DNA of 64,000 nucleotides from a virus: positions 18,180-82,179 of IMG/VR virus record IMGVR_UViG_3300021964_007119. One strand, written 5' to 3'. Every line of letters starts with the position of its first letter. The stretch's first letter is position 1. The notes beneath the pieces are model-generated. The model had not been told where the DNA came from. It ran no database searches and saw nothing but the letters and a program-made list of their open reading frames with translations. Position numbers and translations under genes: made by a program. Below, one piece after another: positions 47,251 through 57,149 of this stretch.

Positions 47251-48145
47251 CCATTATTCTTTTTAAATTAAAGTTATCTAATTTAGCATCGTTATCACCA
47301 GGCATTGCTGATGGACATATTGCTATGTTTGAATCTTTTAAAAACTGAATTACTTTTTCATTGTAATGTTTTTTCTGTCCTTCTGGATAACTAAACAAAC
47401 TTATTTTTCTATCTAGTTTTTCTTCTAATATTTCTAAACAAGTTGTTATTTCAGTTGCTAATTCTGCGGTTGATAAATAAGACATTATTTCGTGATTGTG
47501 TGTATGTCCGCCAATATCAAACAATAGATTTTCATCAATTTCTTTTATTTGTTCCCAAGAAAGATTTTGTATATCTGGATAATAATAATCCATATCAATA
47601 CCAACAGCTTGAAACTCTTTTTTAAATCCTTGTATAAATTCATCTCTTTTTTTCGGACTACAATTTTTTAAATATCCTTTTACATCTTCTACAAAATTTA
47701 TCTTACCTTCATCAGTTTTTAAATTGTATTCTTTACCATATACATCTAATTTTGTTTTTTCTTCATTGGAATAGTTTACAAAGTAATCAACGATATCAGT
47801 CCAATAAAATCTATTCGTTGGAAATGGTCTACCAACTCCTTTTAAATCATCAACAAATCCTGTTGAAATAAAAAATGTTGCTGGTAAATTATATTTTTTT
47901 AATATTGGAACTGCATTGTGATATAGATTTTCATACGAGTCATCAAAGGTAATTGCTACATCATCTTTTGGTCTGTATTGAATCCAATCAGTTAGTTTGA
48001 CTACTCTTTTGTTTTCACTTAACCACCTCATTTGTCTTTCAAATTCAAACAAATCAATATGTTTTCCATTGTAGTTTAGAAAAGTTCCATCTCTTGGCTC
48101 TTTTTTCCAATCTGTTACTCCGTGATATAATAATATTTTACTCAT
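47192..48145 (-). CDS. Polysaccharide deacetylase (CE4/NodB)
   Basis: LLYH, ITFDDSY, GGHTHNH, FSYPEG. Confidence 0.88.
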   Translation of the reverse strand: MSKILLYHGVTDWKKEPRDGTFLNYNGKHIDLFEFERQMRWLSENKRVVKLTDWIQYRPKDDVAITFDDSYENLYHNAVPILKKYNLPATFFISTGFVDDLKGVGRPFPTNRFYWTDIVDYFVNYSNEEKTKLDVYGKEYNLKTDEGKINFVEDVKGYLKNCSPKKRDEFIQGFKKEFQAVGIDMDYYYPDIQNLSWEQIKEIDENLLFDIGGHTHNHEIMSYLSTAELATEITTCLEILEEKLDRKISLFSYPEGQKKHYNEKVIQFLKDSNIAICPSAMPGDNDAKLDNFNLKRIMVGFNEIPFPFEEYYDEINS

Positions 48146-48872
48146 TGTATAATTTATAATCGTTAATGTATTTAATAAAGATATCCTCTGTTAAATGTTT
48201 TTCTTCTAATGACATTGCTGTGTAGTATTCTCCAAATTCTGTTTGTCTTTCCCCTTTAATCTTACCATCTTTTTGTTTAAATTTTTCCAAAACTTCCAAC
48301 ATCATATTTGTTGCTAATATTGTGGTGTGGTATTTTAAATGATATATTTCATCAACTTTTGTTAGTGAAACTTTTCCTGTTGAAAGAACATCACCGGTGT
48401 CTAAATCCTCATCAACATAATGTATTGCTACCCCAATGTTATCAAAGTCTTCGTTCTTAATAGCCCACAAATCAGAGTCTAATCCTCTATACTTATCAAT
48501 CTGTCCTCTATGAACATTAATTGTTCCCCACTTAGAAGCATTAAAAATATAAGGTTTTACTATACCAGTTCCAAAAGTAATAATTAAATCTGGATTCATT
48601 GACTCAATATATTTTTGTAGGTTTTTATTGTTTACTGAATAAACCTCTACAATTTTCTTTTTTAACTCGTCTGATAAATCATTAGGTGTCCCATCTTCAA
48701 AAAACTTGTCTTCATATTTGTTTTCTAAATTACTATAAAATGGACCTGTTGGATAATCTTTTTTCAAAACTTTGCGTTCATAGATTATACCACAAATGTT
48801 GTGTAGTTCAGCTATCTTATTTATGAAATAAGTGTGATGTTTAGTCGGTGTTGATAGAATCAGAATTTTCAT
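48138..48872 (-). CDS. Formyltransferase (sugar N-formyltransferase-like)
   Basis: INVHRG..YRG, GVAIHYVDEDLDTGDV. Confidence 0.85.
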   Translation of the reverse strand: MKILILSTPTKHHTYFINKIAELHNICGIIYERKVLKKDYPTGPFYSNLENKYEDKFFEDGTPNDLSDELKKKIVEVYSVNNKNLQKYIESMNPDLIITFGTGIVKPYIFNASKWGTINVHRGQIDKYRGLDSDLWAIKNEDFDNIGVAIHYVDEDLDTGDVLSTGKVSLTKVDEIYHLKYHTTILATNMMLEVLEKFKQKDGKIKGERQTEFGEYYTAMSLEEKHLTEDIFIKYINDYKLYNE

Positions 48873-48907
48873 TATAACCTTTGGTAATAAGTATCATTTA
48901 ATTGCCC

Positions 48908-50185
48908 CTAATTAAACTTTTTTTTTATTTCGTGTAAGTTTTTTAACGAAGTAATGTTTAAATGAAATATTGAATAAGCCATCTCACCCAATTCTCCACT
49001 ATCAGTTAATATGTCTCCAAGATTAAGTAAAAAATTATACAACTCATTTGTTAATTCAGAACCATCAAATCGAACTACAACTCCATTGTTAATTTCATCA
49101 TCATAATGACCGACTCTTTCTTTCAAAGGTCTTGTTGTATTTTTTTGTTCTCTATGAATATACAAATCTAATTCTCGTTGATTACAATCTGTATAGATAT
49201 TTGAACACCAAGGCTCTAATTGATATAACATTGCTAAATCACAATTTTTAATCTTGAAAGCTATATCATACTTTGGTTGTATAATTGGATACATAAGTGC
49301 ATCGTGTTTAACTACACTACCCCATTTTCTAATAAATTCTCTTGTTGAATTATTCATTAGATTCTGCCATTCTGCTGATTTTTGTGAATGGTCTTTGGTT
49401 AATTTTCCGTGTTGAAATTGTCCACCTCTTGCTGTTAAATGATAAACAAATGAATTCCAAGATTGAATTAATTCCATACCACCCAATACCATACGATTAA
49501 ACAAATCAGAATCTTCTCTTGCTGATTTAAAACGATAATCGTGTCCACCAATTATTTCTAAATCTTTTTTGTGAATTAGCCAAGGAGCGAAACAACCCTC
49601 AGTTGTCTTTTCCCCATATTGTTCTTTACATTTTTCAACATATTCATCAAATCCTTTTTCATCAAAACCTTCTTCAACATCTTGTTCAGGCCACATACCA
49701 AAGTTTTCAACTATTTTTTCTGGACCTTCGGGGTGTAGTGGTGGTTCTATTCTTGTTGAACAAACTACTACTCCTCGTTTCCAATGTTTAAACGCGTGAT
49801 AGTCAGCATCTTTACCTAACATCATATCGGCGTGAAATATCATACCAATATCTGTTGGTGCATTATAAATAAGATAATCATACGCCTCTCCAATACCATA
49901 CAAACCATCTCTTTCGTTTAACTTGACGATTGTGTTTTCGTCTTTGTTTTCCATTAACCACTCGTAACATTTATCTTCATTAGAATCAACCAAAATATGT
50001 ATGTAGTGGTCTTTTCTAAATGCATTCTTTCTAATACTTTCTATGGCTACTTTTACATATCTCAAATTATTTTTACTTGGAATACAAAAAGTTATTCTTG
50101 GCATATATCTTTCTTTTTTCAAATGATGTGGTGGATTACCAAATTGGTGTTTTACTTTTCGTTTGTGTTGTTTACTTTTTGCCAT
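48908..50185 (-). CDS. Glycosyltransferase family 2 with C-terminal extension
   Basis: FCIPS, FHADM, IGGHD...REDSDLFNR; probable start MPRIT. Confidence 0.8.
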   Translation of the reverse strand: MAKSKQHKRKVKHQFGNPPHHLKKERYMPRITFCIPSKNNLRYVKVAIESIRKNAFRKDHYIHILVDSNEDKCYEWLMENKDENTIVKLNERDGLYGIGEAYDYLIYNAPTDIGMIFHADMMLGKDADYHAFKHWKRGVVVCSTRIEPPLHPEGPEKIVENFGMWPEQDVEEGFDEKGFDEYVEKCKEQYGEKTTEGCFAPWLIHKKDLEIIGGHDYRFKSAREDSDLFNRMVLGGMELIQSWNSFVYHLTARGGQFQHGKLTKDHSQKSAEWQNLMNNSTREFIRKWGSVVKHDALMYPIIQPKYDIAFKIKNCDLAMLYQLEPWCSNIYTDCNQRELDLYIHREQKNTTRPLKERVGHYDDEINNGVVVRFDGSELTNELYNFLLNLGDILTDSGELGEMAYSIFHLNITSLKNLHEIKKKFN

Positions 50186-51407
50186 TGTCTGCTCTTCCCA
50201 ATAACCCTTTTGTTATTGATTTGTCTTTATCATATTCTGGAAGTATATCTGCTATTTCAGTTACTACTCTTCTTACATCTTCTTTTGACATATGTAAATG
50301 TAATGGTAATGATATTAGTTCTGAACTAATTTCGTGAGCGTTTTTACAAGTTCCGTGTGCGTAATTATACATTGGATATTGTGTGTTGTCTAAGTAATGA
50401 ACACCACAATAGATATCTCTTTTTGATAATTCTTCCATTACAAAATCTCTCAACCCTTTTTTAATTCTGATTGGATACAAATGTCTTGAATGAGTTCCCT
50501 CAACCAATGTATTTTTTACCGATTGGATTGATTCTAAATTAAGTATATTAAAATAATAATCATAAGTTTCAGAAAGTAAATTTCGGTATTGGTTATCTTC
50601 ATTTAAATATTTTAGTTGAACTAATCCAATAGCTCCCATAAGTGCATTTCCGTGATACTTATATCCAACATTTGGCACATCATACTTCCAATTATAAGTT
50701 CCTTTGTTGTATCTATCGTATGTAGATTTATCAATACCCAACCAAGATAATTGTCTCGCGAGTTTGTCATCTTCTTCGTCTTTGAAACAAACCATACCAC
50801 TATCTGCTGTTGGTAAGTTCTTTACCGCTTGAAAACTAAATACCGAAACATCAGCATCCCAACCAACTTGTGATTGTGTCATCGCTTGATATTGTGGATA
50901 AACTCTCATTGTTTGTGTTCCTGCTAAATGAGCCGCGTCTAAAATCAATGGTATATTTTGTAAATTACAAATCTCTCTAATCTTATCATATTGTCCAATA
51001 TTACCACCAATCCCAACAAACATTACTGCTCTTGTTTTGTCTGTGATATTACTCAGAACTGAATCTGGGTCTAAACACAAGCTATCATCAACATCAGCGA
51101 ATACTGGTTTTAAGTTTTCATACATAATGGCGTGATTGGTAGAAACAAATGTTAATGGTGTTGTGATAATTTCATCTCCGTCTTCCCAACCATATTTTTC
51201 TTTAAACACTTTAAGTGCTAAATGTAATCCTGCTGTTGCTGATTGTAGAAAATGAGCGTGTTCAAGGTCTGCATAGGTTTTCCACTTTTCTTCAAACTCA
51301 ATAGCTTTTCCACCCATACCAGTCCAACTCGTATCTAAACACTCTTGAATTTCTTTTAGAATTTCTTCTGTTCTGTATTTTGGTTTTAAAACTTGTATCT
51401 TATCCAT
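50172..51407 (-). CDS. DegT/DnrJ/EryC1/StrS sugar aminotransferase
   Basis: SATAGLHLAL, TPLTFVST, DAAH, FSFQAVKNL. Confidence 0.92.
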   Translation of the reverse strand: MDKIQVLKPKYRTEEILKEIQECLDTSWTGMGGKAIEFEEKWKTYADLEHAHFLQSATAGLHLALKVFKEKYGWEDGDEIITTPLTFVSTNHAIMYENLKPVFADVDDSLCLDPDSVLSNITDKTRAVMFVGIGGNIGQYDKIREICNLQNIPLILDAAHLAGTQTMRVYPQYQAMTQSQVGWDADVSVFSFQAVKNLPTADSGMVCFKDEEDDKLARQLSWLGIDKSTYDRYNKGTYNWKYDVPNVGYKYHGNALMGAIGLVQLKYLNEDNQYRNLLSETYDYYFNILNLESIQSVKNTLVEGTHSRHLYPIRIKKGLRDFVMEELSKRDIYCGVHYLDNTQYPMYNYAHGTCKNAHEISSELISLPLHLHMSKEDVRRVVTEIADILPEYDKDKSITKGLLGRADNGKK

Positions 51408-51661
51408 TATCCCACCACAGCTAACACTTCTTTTTCAGACATTATTAATACATCTTGTCCTTCGTGATTTACTTCTGTTCCTGTATATTTAGGATACAAA
51501 ATTAAATCATCTTTTTTAATTGTTTCACAATCACCAACTGCTAATACTTTACCTTCTTGCGGTTTGTCTTGAGCTGTATCTGGTAATATAATTCCACTCT
51601 CTGTTTTTTCTGATTGTGTCGTTGGTTCTACAACAACTCTATCTCCTAATGGTTTAATCAT
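51407..51661 (-). CDS. groES: Co-chaperonin GroES
   Basis: IKPLGDRVVV...KTESGIILPDTA...GKVLAVG. Confidence 0.95.
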   Translation of the reverse strand: MIKPLGDRVVVEPTTQSEKTESGIILPDTAQDKPQEGKVLAVGDCETIKKDDLILYPKYTGTEVNHEGQDVLIMSEKEVLAVVG

Positions 51662-52401
51662 TTTTTCTCCTTTTGACTAACTAATTTATTTGCTTGAACT
51701 AAACTATCTGGTGTTCCGGCGTCTGACCAAAATCCTTTTAATTCACTATGTGTTGTTTTTCCTCTATCAATATACCAATTAATTAAATCAACCACTTCTA
51801 ACTCACCTCGTTCTGATGGTTTTAGTGTGTCGATAACGCTCCAAACTTCATCATTAAACATATAAAGTCCTGTAACTGCATAATTAGACATTGGTTTTTC
51901 TGGTTTTTCTTCTACTTTTACTAAGTGTCTGTCCATACCTTGAAATACTGGAACTCCAAACCTCCCAGGGTCTGGAACTTCTTTTAAAAATATATGACAC
52001 CAACTATCGTAATAATTTAATTTTAAATCACTAAAGTCATCTTCAAAAATATTATCACCCAAACAAACAAAAACATTATCTCTCCCTGCAAATTCTTTAC
52101 ACAATCCTAAAGCTTGAGCGATACCACCAGGTTTTTCTTGAACTCTGTAAGTAATATCTACTCCATATTCACCACCACTTCCTAATTGGTTCATTATTTG
52201 TCCACAATGTTCTTTACCAGAAACAATACAAATTTCTTTACAACCAATTTGTTTTAGTGTTTGTAATGGATAATAAATCATTGGTTTATCGTAAACAGGT
52301 AATAATGATTTGTTGAATATTTTTGTTAATGGATACAACCTTGAGCCGTGTCCACCTGCTAGTATTATACCCTTCATTCCATTCTCTCCCCAATAATACA
52401 A
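51658..52401 (-). CDS. rmlA: Glucose-1-phosphate thymidylyltransferase
   Basis: KGIILAGGHGSRLYPLT, VYDKPMIYYPL, EEKP, SERGELE, WSDAGT. Confidence 0.9.
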   Translation of the reverse strand: MYYWGENGMKGIILAGGHGSRLYPLTKIFNKSLLPVYDKPMIYYPLQTLKQIGCKEICIVSGKEHCGQIMNQLGSGGEYGVDITYRVQEKPGGIAQALGLCKEFAGRDNVFVCLGDNIFEDDFSDLKLNYYDSWCHIFLKEVPDPGRFGVPVFQGMDRHLVKVEEKPEKPMSNYAVTGLYMFNDEVWSVIDTLKPSERGELEVVDLINWYIDRGKTTHSELKGFWSDAGTPDSLVQANKLVSQKEKK

Positions 52402-53195
52402 GCATCTGGTAATTGTCTAAATGGTGGTTCTTCGTATTTCAATCTAACTTGACCAGCTCCACATTCAGTCATATATTTCGAAAAACGATATTGGTCTGAT
52501 AAATATTTCATACCTTGTTGTCCAAATACTTTTGTGAATTTGTATCCGTTTAGATATTCCGAAGTATTTCCATTAGGGTCTCTTGAATCACTACCATCAG
52601 GCATTTCAATCAATGGAAAGTTTACATAATCAAATCCACCAACTTCTCTAATGTATTTCATTTTAGAAGCAAAGAAACTTCCTCTCATTGACCAACATTG
52701 TAAAGGTTCTTCATAAAGATGTTTGTTTTCTTCTTTTGCATAATCTCTCCAATTGTATCCGTTTTTTAACCAATAAGATAATCTTGCTTCTTCTAATGGA
52801 TTAATATCCCACGGGTAATTCCACCCATTTCCAATTACTTTTGTAGTTGGATTTAAATTGAAATGGTCTACACAAACATTAATGAAAGACCAATCGTGAA
52901 CAACCATATCATCTTGAATAAAGAATAAAAAAGTATCATCATCTAAATCCATATCATTTAGAACTTTATCATAAGCTCCCCACTCTAATCCAATATTTTC
53001 ATATTCTTTGTAATCAAATTTTTCTGTGATTATTTTTGGTGGTGTCTTATGACAGGTCCACATCACATCTAAATTTTCGTTTTCTTCTTTTAGTTCGTAT
53101 AGTGCATCAATGAAATCTGTTTGGTTTTTCTTTCCGTCCCATTCATCATACCACCAACCACATACTATAAATTGTATTTTCATGCTTGTTTCCAA
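52374..53195 (-). CDS. Putative GT-A-fold glycosyltransferase
   Basis: ENIGLEWGAY, FFIQDD, VGGFD; glycan-cluster context. Confidence 0.55.
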   Translation of the reverse strand: METSMKIQFIVCGWWYDEWDGKKNQTDFIDALYELKEENENLDVMWTCHKTPPKIITEKFDYKEYENIGLEWGAYDKVLNDMDLDDDTFLFFIQDDMVVHDWSFINVCVDHFNLNPTTKVIGNGWNYPWDINPLEEARLSYWLKNGYNWRDYAKEENKHLYEEPLQCWSMRGSFFASKMKYIREVGGFDYVNFPLIEMPDGSDSRDPNGNTSEYLNGYKFTKVFGQQGMKYLSDQYRFSKYMTECGAGQVRLKYEEPPFRQLPDACIIGERME

Positions 53196-54166
53196 CCTTT
53201 CGGGTCTAATAATGCTAAATCACTTTCAACCATATTTTTTACTAATTGTTTAAAATCTGTTTTAGGTTTCCAACCTAATTCATATTTTGCTTTACTTGCA
53301 TCACCTCGTAAAACATCAACTTCTGCGGGTCTCATAAATCTTGGGTCTTGTTTAACATATTTTTCCCAATTAGAAATACCAACCACATCAAAAGCAGAAT
53401 CTAAAAATTCTCTAATAGTGTGTGTTTCTCCTGTTGCTATCACAAAGTCATCTGGTTTATCTTGTTGTAACATTAACCACATTGACTCAACATAGTCAGG
53501 TGCATAACCCCAATCTCTTTTTGCTTCTAAATTACCTAATGTTATGTGGTCTGATAATCCGTGAACTATTTGAGCAACTCCATCAGAAATCTTTCTCGTA
53601 ACAAATTGGTGTCCTCTTCTTTCAGATTCGTGATTAAATAAAATACCACAAGTATTAAACATATCATAAGATTCACGATAGTTTTTAGTAATCCAATGAG
53701 CGTATAATTTAGAAACACCATAAGGACTTCTTGGATAAAAAGGTGTTCTTTCTGTTGCTGGATTTTCTATCATACGACCAAATAGTTCTGATGTTGATGC
53801 TTGATAAAATCTTGTATCCATATTTAATGTTCTGATTGCATCTAATATTCTTAATGAACCTAACCCTGTTACATTTGAAGTTTGTTCTGGTGTGTTCCAA
53901 CTTTCTCCAACAAAAGATTGAGAACCTAAATTATAAACTTCATCTGGTTGAGCAGTTGATAGTGCTGAAAGTAAAGAAGTGCTATCAGTTAAATCTCCCG
54001 TAATAAACTCAAAGTTTTCATTTGATTCTAAATGTTTTGTATTGGTTCTGTTTTTCAATGACGAATGTCTTTCCATACCATAAACTTTATAACCTTTTTC
54101 TAATAAGAAATCGGCTAAATGGCTTCCGTCCATACCATTTATTCCTGTTATTAACGCTCTTTTCAT
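53180..54166 (-). CDS. gmd: GDP-mannose 4,6-dehydratase
   Basis: ALITGINGMDGS, FYQASTSE, FYPRSPYGVSK, GILFNHES, RDWG. Confidence 0.95.
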   Translation of the reverse strand: MKRALITGINGMDGSHLADFLLEKGYKVYGMERHSSLKNRTNTKHLESNENFEFITGDLTDSTSLLSALSTAQPDEVYNLGSQSFVGESWNTPEQTSNVTGLGSLRILDAIRTLNMDTRFYQASTSELFGRMIENPATERTPFYPRSPYGVSKLYAHWITKNYRESYDMFNTCGILFNHESERRGHQFVTRKISDGVAQIVHGLSDHITLGNLEAKRDWGYAPDYVESMWLMLQQDKPDDFVIATGETHTIREFLDSAFDVVGISNWEKYVKQDPRFMRPAEVDVLRGDASKAKYELGWKPKTDFKQLVKNMVESDLALLDPKGWKQA

Positions 54167-54759
54167 TCTTTACTCCTGTTTTGGTCTTGTAAATTATTAA
54201 TATCAAGTCGTGTGTTCATTTCTACGACATTATCTGATTTTTTATTGAAAAAGTTTGGTAAGAAAAAACTATTAATTTCTTTACCAACAAAAATTATACC
54301 TGGTTCAGTATATATGTCTAGACTATGATAACCTAAATAATTACATAGTGTTGCTGCCCATCTTTGATTTTCTGGAATCATTACTCTACCAAAAATATTA
54401 TCAGCATCGCGACCCCAGTTTGCTTTAACATATCTTTCCCCAATAAGATTAAGATAAAGTCCCAAGTGTTCTCCCCTGTGTCCTTTTTTTACTACTGTTG
54501 AAGTTTCTACAGCTCTAACTTCGATATCAAACATAAAAGTCCATAAAGCAACCATTTCTTTTTTCTTATTAAATATTACAATATTTTGGAAATTTTTTTG
54601 ACCATCATAAAAAAATTGTCCCCAAGTTTCCGCATATTGTAAATCCAATGACCAAGTTTTAGTAGTCGACTCACACTCTTTTACAAAATTTTCAAATTCA
54701 TCAAATGTTTCAACATCAGACAAATTTCCTACAATATATTTATTTTTATTTATCAACAT
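54163..54759 (-). CDS. Hypothetical protein, weakly GNAT-like
   Basis: VVKKGHRGEHLG resembles the acetyl-CoA-binding V..xxRGxGxG motif. Confidence 0.4.
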   Translation of the reverse strand: MLINKNKYIVGNLSDVETFDEFENFVKECESTTKTWSLDLQYAETWGQFFYDGQKNFQNIVIFNKKKEMVALWTFMFDIEVRAVETSTVVKKGHRGEHLGLYLNLIGERYVKANWGRDADNIFGRVMIPENQRWAATLCNYLGYHSLDIYTEPGIIFVGKEINSFFLPNFFNKKSDNVVEMNTRLDINNLQDQNRSKE

Positions 54760-55645
54760 TTTTATTCCTGTCTATCCTATTTGGTGAACCATCTATAATT
54801 GGCATCGGTCTAACAAACTGAAACTCATCTATATCTGGTAATTTTCCATACTTTAATTGAAATTCTGTCATACTATTGATTTCAAATTCTTCTAAATGTT
54901 TTGGTCGTGTTGTAAAATCATCATCTGGGAAACGACTTGTTCTTGATGCAAAATGATAAATGTTTGATTTATAAGTTAGAGCTATTTTAAAACCCTCGTT
55001 TTGCATTCTAATAAATAAATCTGCATCTTCCCAATACATTGGAGCGAATCTATCATCATTACCACCAATGTAATCCCAATCTTCTTTTTTAATTAAACCA
55101 CTTACACCCTCGGCCTTTCTAATAATTCTCTTTCCATTTAATTCTGAAAACTCATCACACCAATCTAAAAAATATTCTTCATTGAAGTCGTGGTGATACG
55201 CTCCAAATAAATCTAATGGAACAAAAACCGTACCTGGTCTTTCGTTGTCGTTAAAAATATCTGGTTGTATTCTATTACTGAAAACTATTCCTCTATCATT
55301 TCCAACCATTTCATCATAACACTCAAACAAATGTTTATCCCAATCTCTTGAAACATAAATGTCTGCTTGTAAAAAGTTTATAAATTCTGTTTTAACTTTG
55401 TCAGCACAATAGTTCATTCCACCACCAATACCTCGTCTGACTTTGTTTCCGGTTTCTACATAAACATCTAAATTATATTTTTCTTTGTTTTCTTCTAACC
55501 ATTCATTTGTTCCGTCATCAGAATTTTCTGAATAAATTACAAATGGACAATCTTTATCATAAGAGTTTTCTCTTACTGATTTTACTACTAATGGAAGATA
55601 ATTTATTCCATTGTGAACTGATATACATATTGTTTGTTCTCTCAT
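54746..55645 (-). CDS. Glycosyltransferase family 2
   Basis: SDDGT, FLQADI, IGGNDDRF...WEDADL. Confidence 0.85.
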   Translation of the reverse strand: MREQTICISVHNGINYLPLVVKSVRENSYDKDCPFVIYSENSDDGTNEWLEENKEKYNLDVYVETGNKVRRGIGGGMNYCADKVKTEFINFLQADIYVSRDWDKHLFECYDEMVGNDRGIVFSNRIQPDIFNDNERPGTVFVPLDLFGAYHHDFNEEYFLDWCDEFSELNGKRIIRKAEGVSGLIKKEDWDYIGGNDDRFAPMYWEDADLFIRMQNEGFKIALTYKSNIYHFASRTSRFPDDDFTTRPKHLEEFEINSMTEFQLKYGKLPDIDEFQFVRPMPIIDGSPNRIDRNKNVDK

Positions 55646-56418
55646 AACTCTACTCTCGGTATTGATTTATCTGCTGGATTTCTATCAGAACATATCTTAA
55701 AGTCTATCCCTTTTTCTTTTAACCAATTGTGTATAAATGGAACACTATTTGTAACTAACTCTATTTCTTTCTTTGTCATAGGTGTCGGTGCATATTTAAT
55801 GTTTTGTTTCCCCTCATAAAAATGGTCTTGCCATTGTTCTTCGTTTTCATTATCACTATCAAATTTTGAAATATCTCCGATATCCCAACCGACCGTAATA
55901 ATTTCTTTACAACCTAAAAACATTGCTAATGGAATAGCCATTTCATACATTAAACCAGGCCCCCACGCTCTATCATAAGTTTTGTCCATTGTAAAATCAT
56001 CAAAGTCCAATCTAGCGGCTTGTGTATTGTCCATTGTTCCGTGATTTCTTATAACTGGAAACATAACATCTACATTAAAACCATTTTCTAAAATCATTTG
56101 TGGGTGATATTGTTCAAATACTTCCCACGCTACTATTGTTTCATTTAACCATTGATATGGTTCAAAATTTGTGAAATTTAAAATGTGAAAATCACAAATT
56201 TCCTTTAATAATAAATAGGATTGTTTAATCGTAAATACCAATTTATTTTCTAATTTTGACTTTAAATATTCGGGTTCATAGTTCTTTAAAGAAGGCCCTG
56301 CTGATACAATATAACAAGTTTCCCCGTGATATCTATCTTTTAAACTTTCTATTCTTTCTGGAACACTTTCGTATTTCTGTAAATCTTGTTTTACGCTTCT
56401 TGTAATACTTTCTATCAT
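55642..56418 (-). CDS. Maf/DUF115-like putative nonulosonate transferase
   Basis: CYIVSAGPSL, LAMFLGCKEIITVGWD, HFY. Confidence 0.65.
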   Translation of the reverse strand: MIESITRSVKQDLQKYESVPERIESLKDRYHGETCYIVSAGPSLKNYEPEYLKSKLENKLVFTIKQSYLLLKEICDFHILNFTNFEPYQWLNETIVAWEVFEQYHPQMILENGFNVDVMFPVIRNHGTMDNTQAARLDFDDFTMDKTYDRAWGPGLMYEMAIPLAMFLGCKEIITVGWDIGDISKFDSDNENEEQWQDHFYEGKQNIKYAPTPMTKKEIELVTNSVPFIHNWLKEKGIDFKICSDRNPADKSIPRVEL

Positions 56419-57149
56419 CTTTTATCCTCAAATTCATATCCAAAAAAGTTTAAATCTTTGTTAAACATTTTAGAAACTAACCAAATTGACTCGTCATCAT
56501 AGTAATGTGAATAGTGTTTGTGTTCTGATGTATTTCTTTGTGGAAGTTTTGGTGGTGTGTATCCTAATTTCTTAAACATTGCTTCCCACTCCTCATTTAA
56601 ATTTTCTTGACGAAGTATTGTATCTGTCATTAATCTACCACCTGTCAATGGATTGGATAAAAAATCAACTTGATTAAGATATTCTAAATGACTTCTTAAA
56701 TAATTTCTACCCATAAATCCTCTGTCTTTTGATTTATAAGCCCAATAAGAATTGAAATAAGCATCACTACACATTCTTGCAATGCCCTCATCCGTTGTCC
56801 CTTTCATAATAGGACTTTTTATCCAACGATTAAAATCCCACTCTGTTCCGTCTGGACCCAAATTGGTATCAAATAAATTTGCGTGAATATATAAATCCCC
56901 TTGCTTTTTTCTAAATGAATATAAAGATACCATTCTTTCAAAAGGATTTCTTACAATAGAAAACTTGTGATAAGAATTATAAATATCATCATTGGTTGTA
57001 TACCTAACATCAATGGCTAATGCAGTTGACACATTTTTGTGTGGAAACGGGTGTGTTGATTTATCGATTCCAATAGCTCTTCTAACACTAACACCAGCAC
57101 ATTTTGGTATATGAAAATAAATTAATTTATATTTATGACTTTCGTTCAT
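56415..57149 (-). CDS. Sulfotransferase (Sulfotransfer_2 family)
   Basis: FHIPKCAGVS, VRNPFERMVSLY, DLNFFGY. Confidence 0.85.
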   Translation of the reverse strand: MNESHKYKLIYFHIPKCAGVSVRRAIGIDKSTHPFPHKNVSTALAIDVRYTTNDDIYNSYHKFSIVRNPFERMVSLYSFRKKQGDLYIHANLFDTNLGPDGTEWDFNRWIKSPIMKGTTDEGIARMCSDAYFNSYWAYKSKDRGFMGRNYLRSHLEYLNQVDFLSNPLTGGRLMTDTILRQENLNEEWEAMFKKLGYTPPKLPQRNTSEHKHYSHYYDDESIWLVSKMFNKDLNFFGYEFEDKR

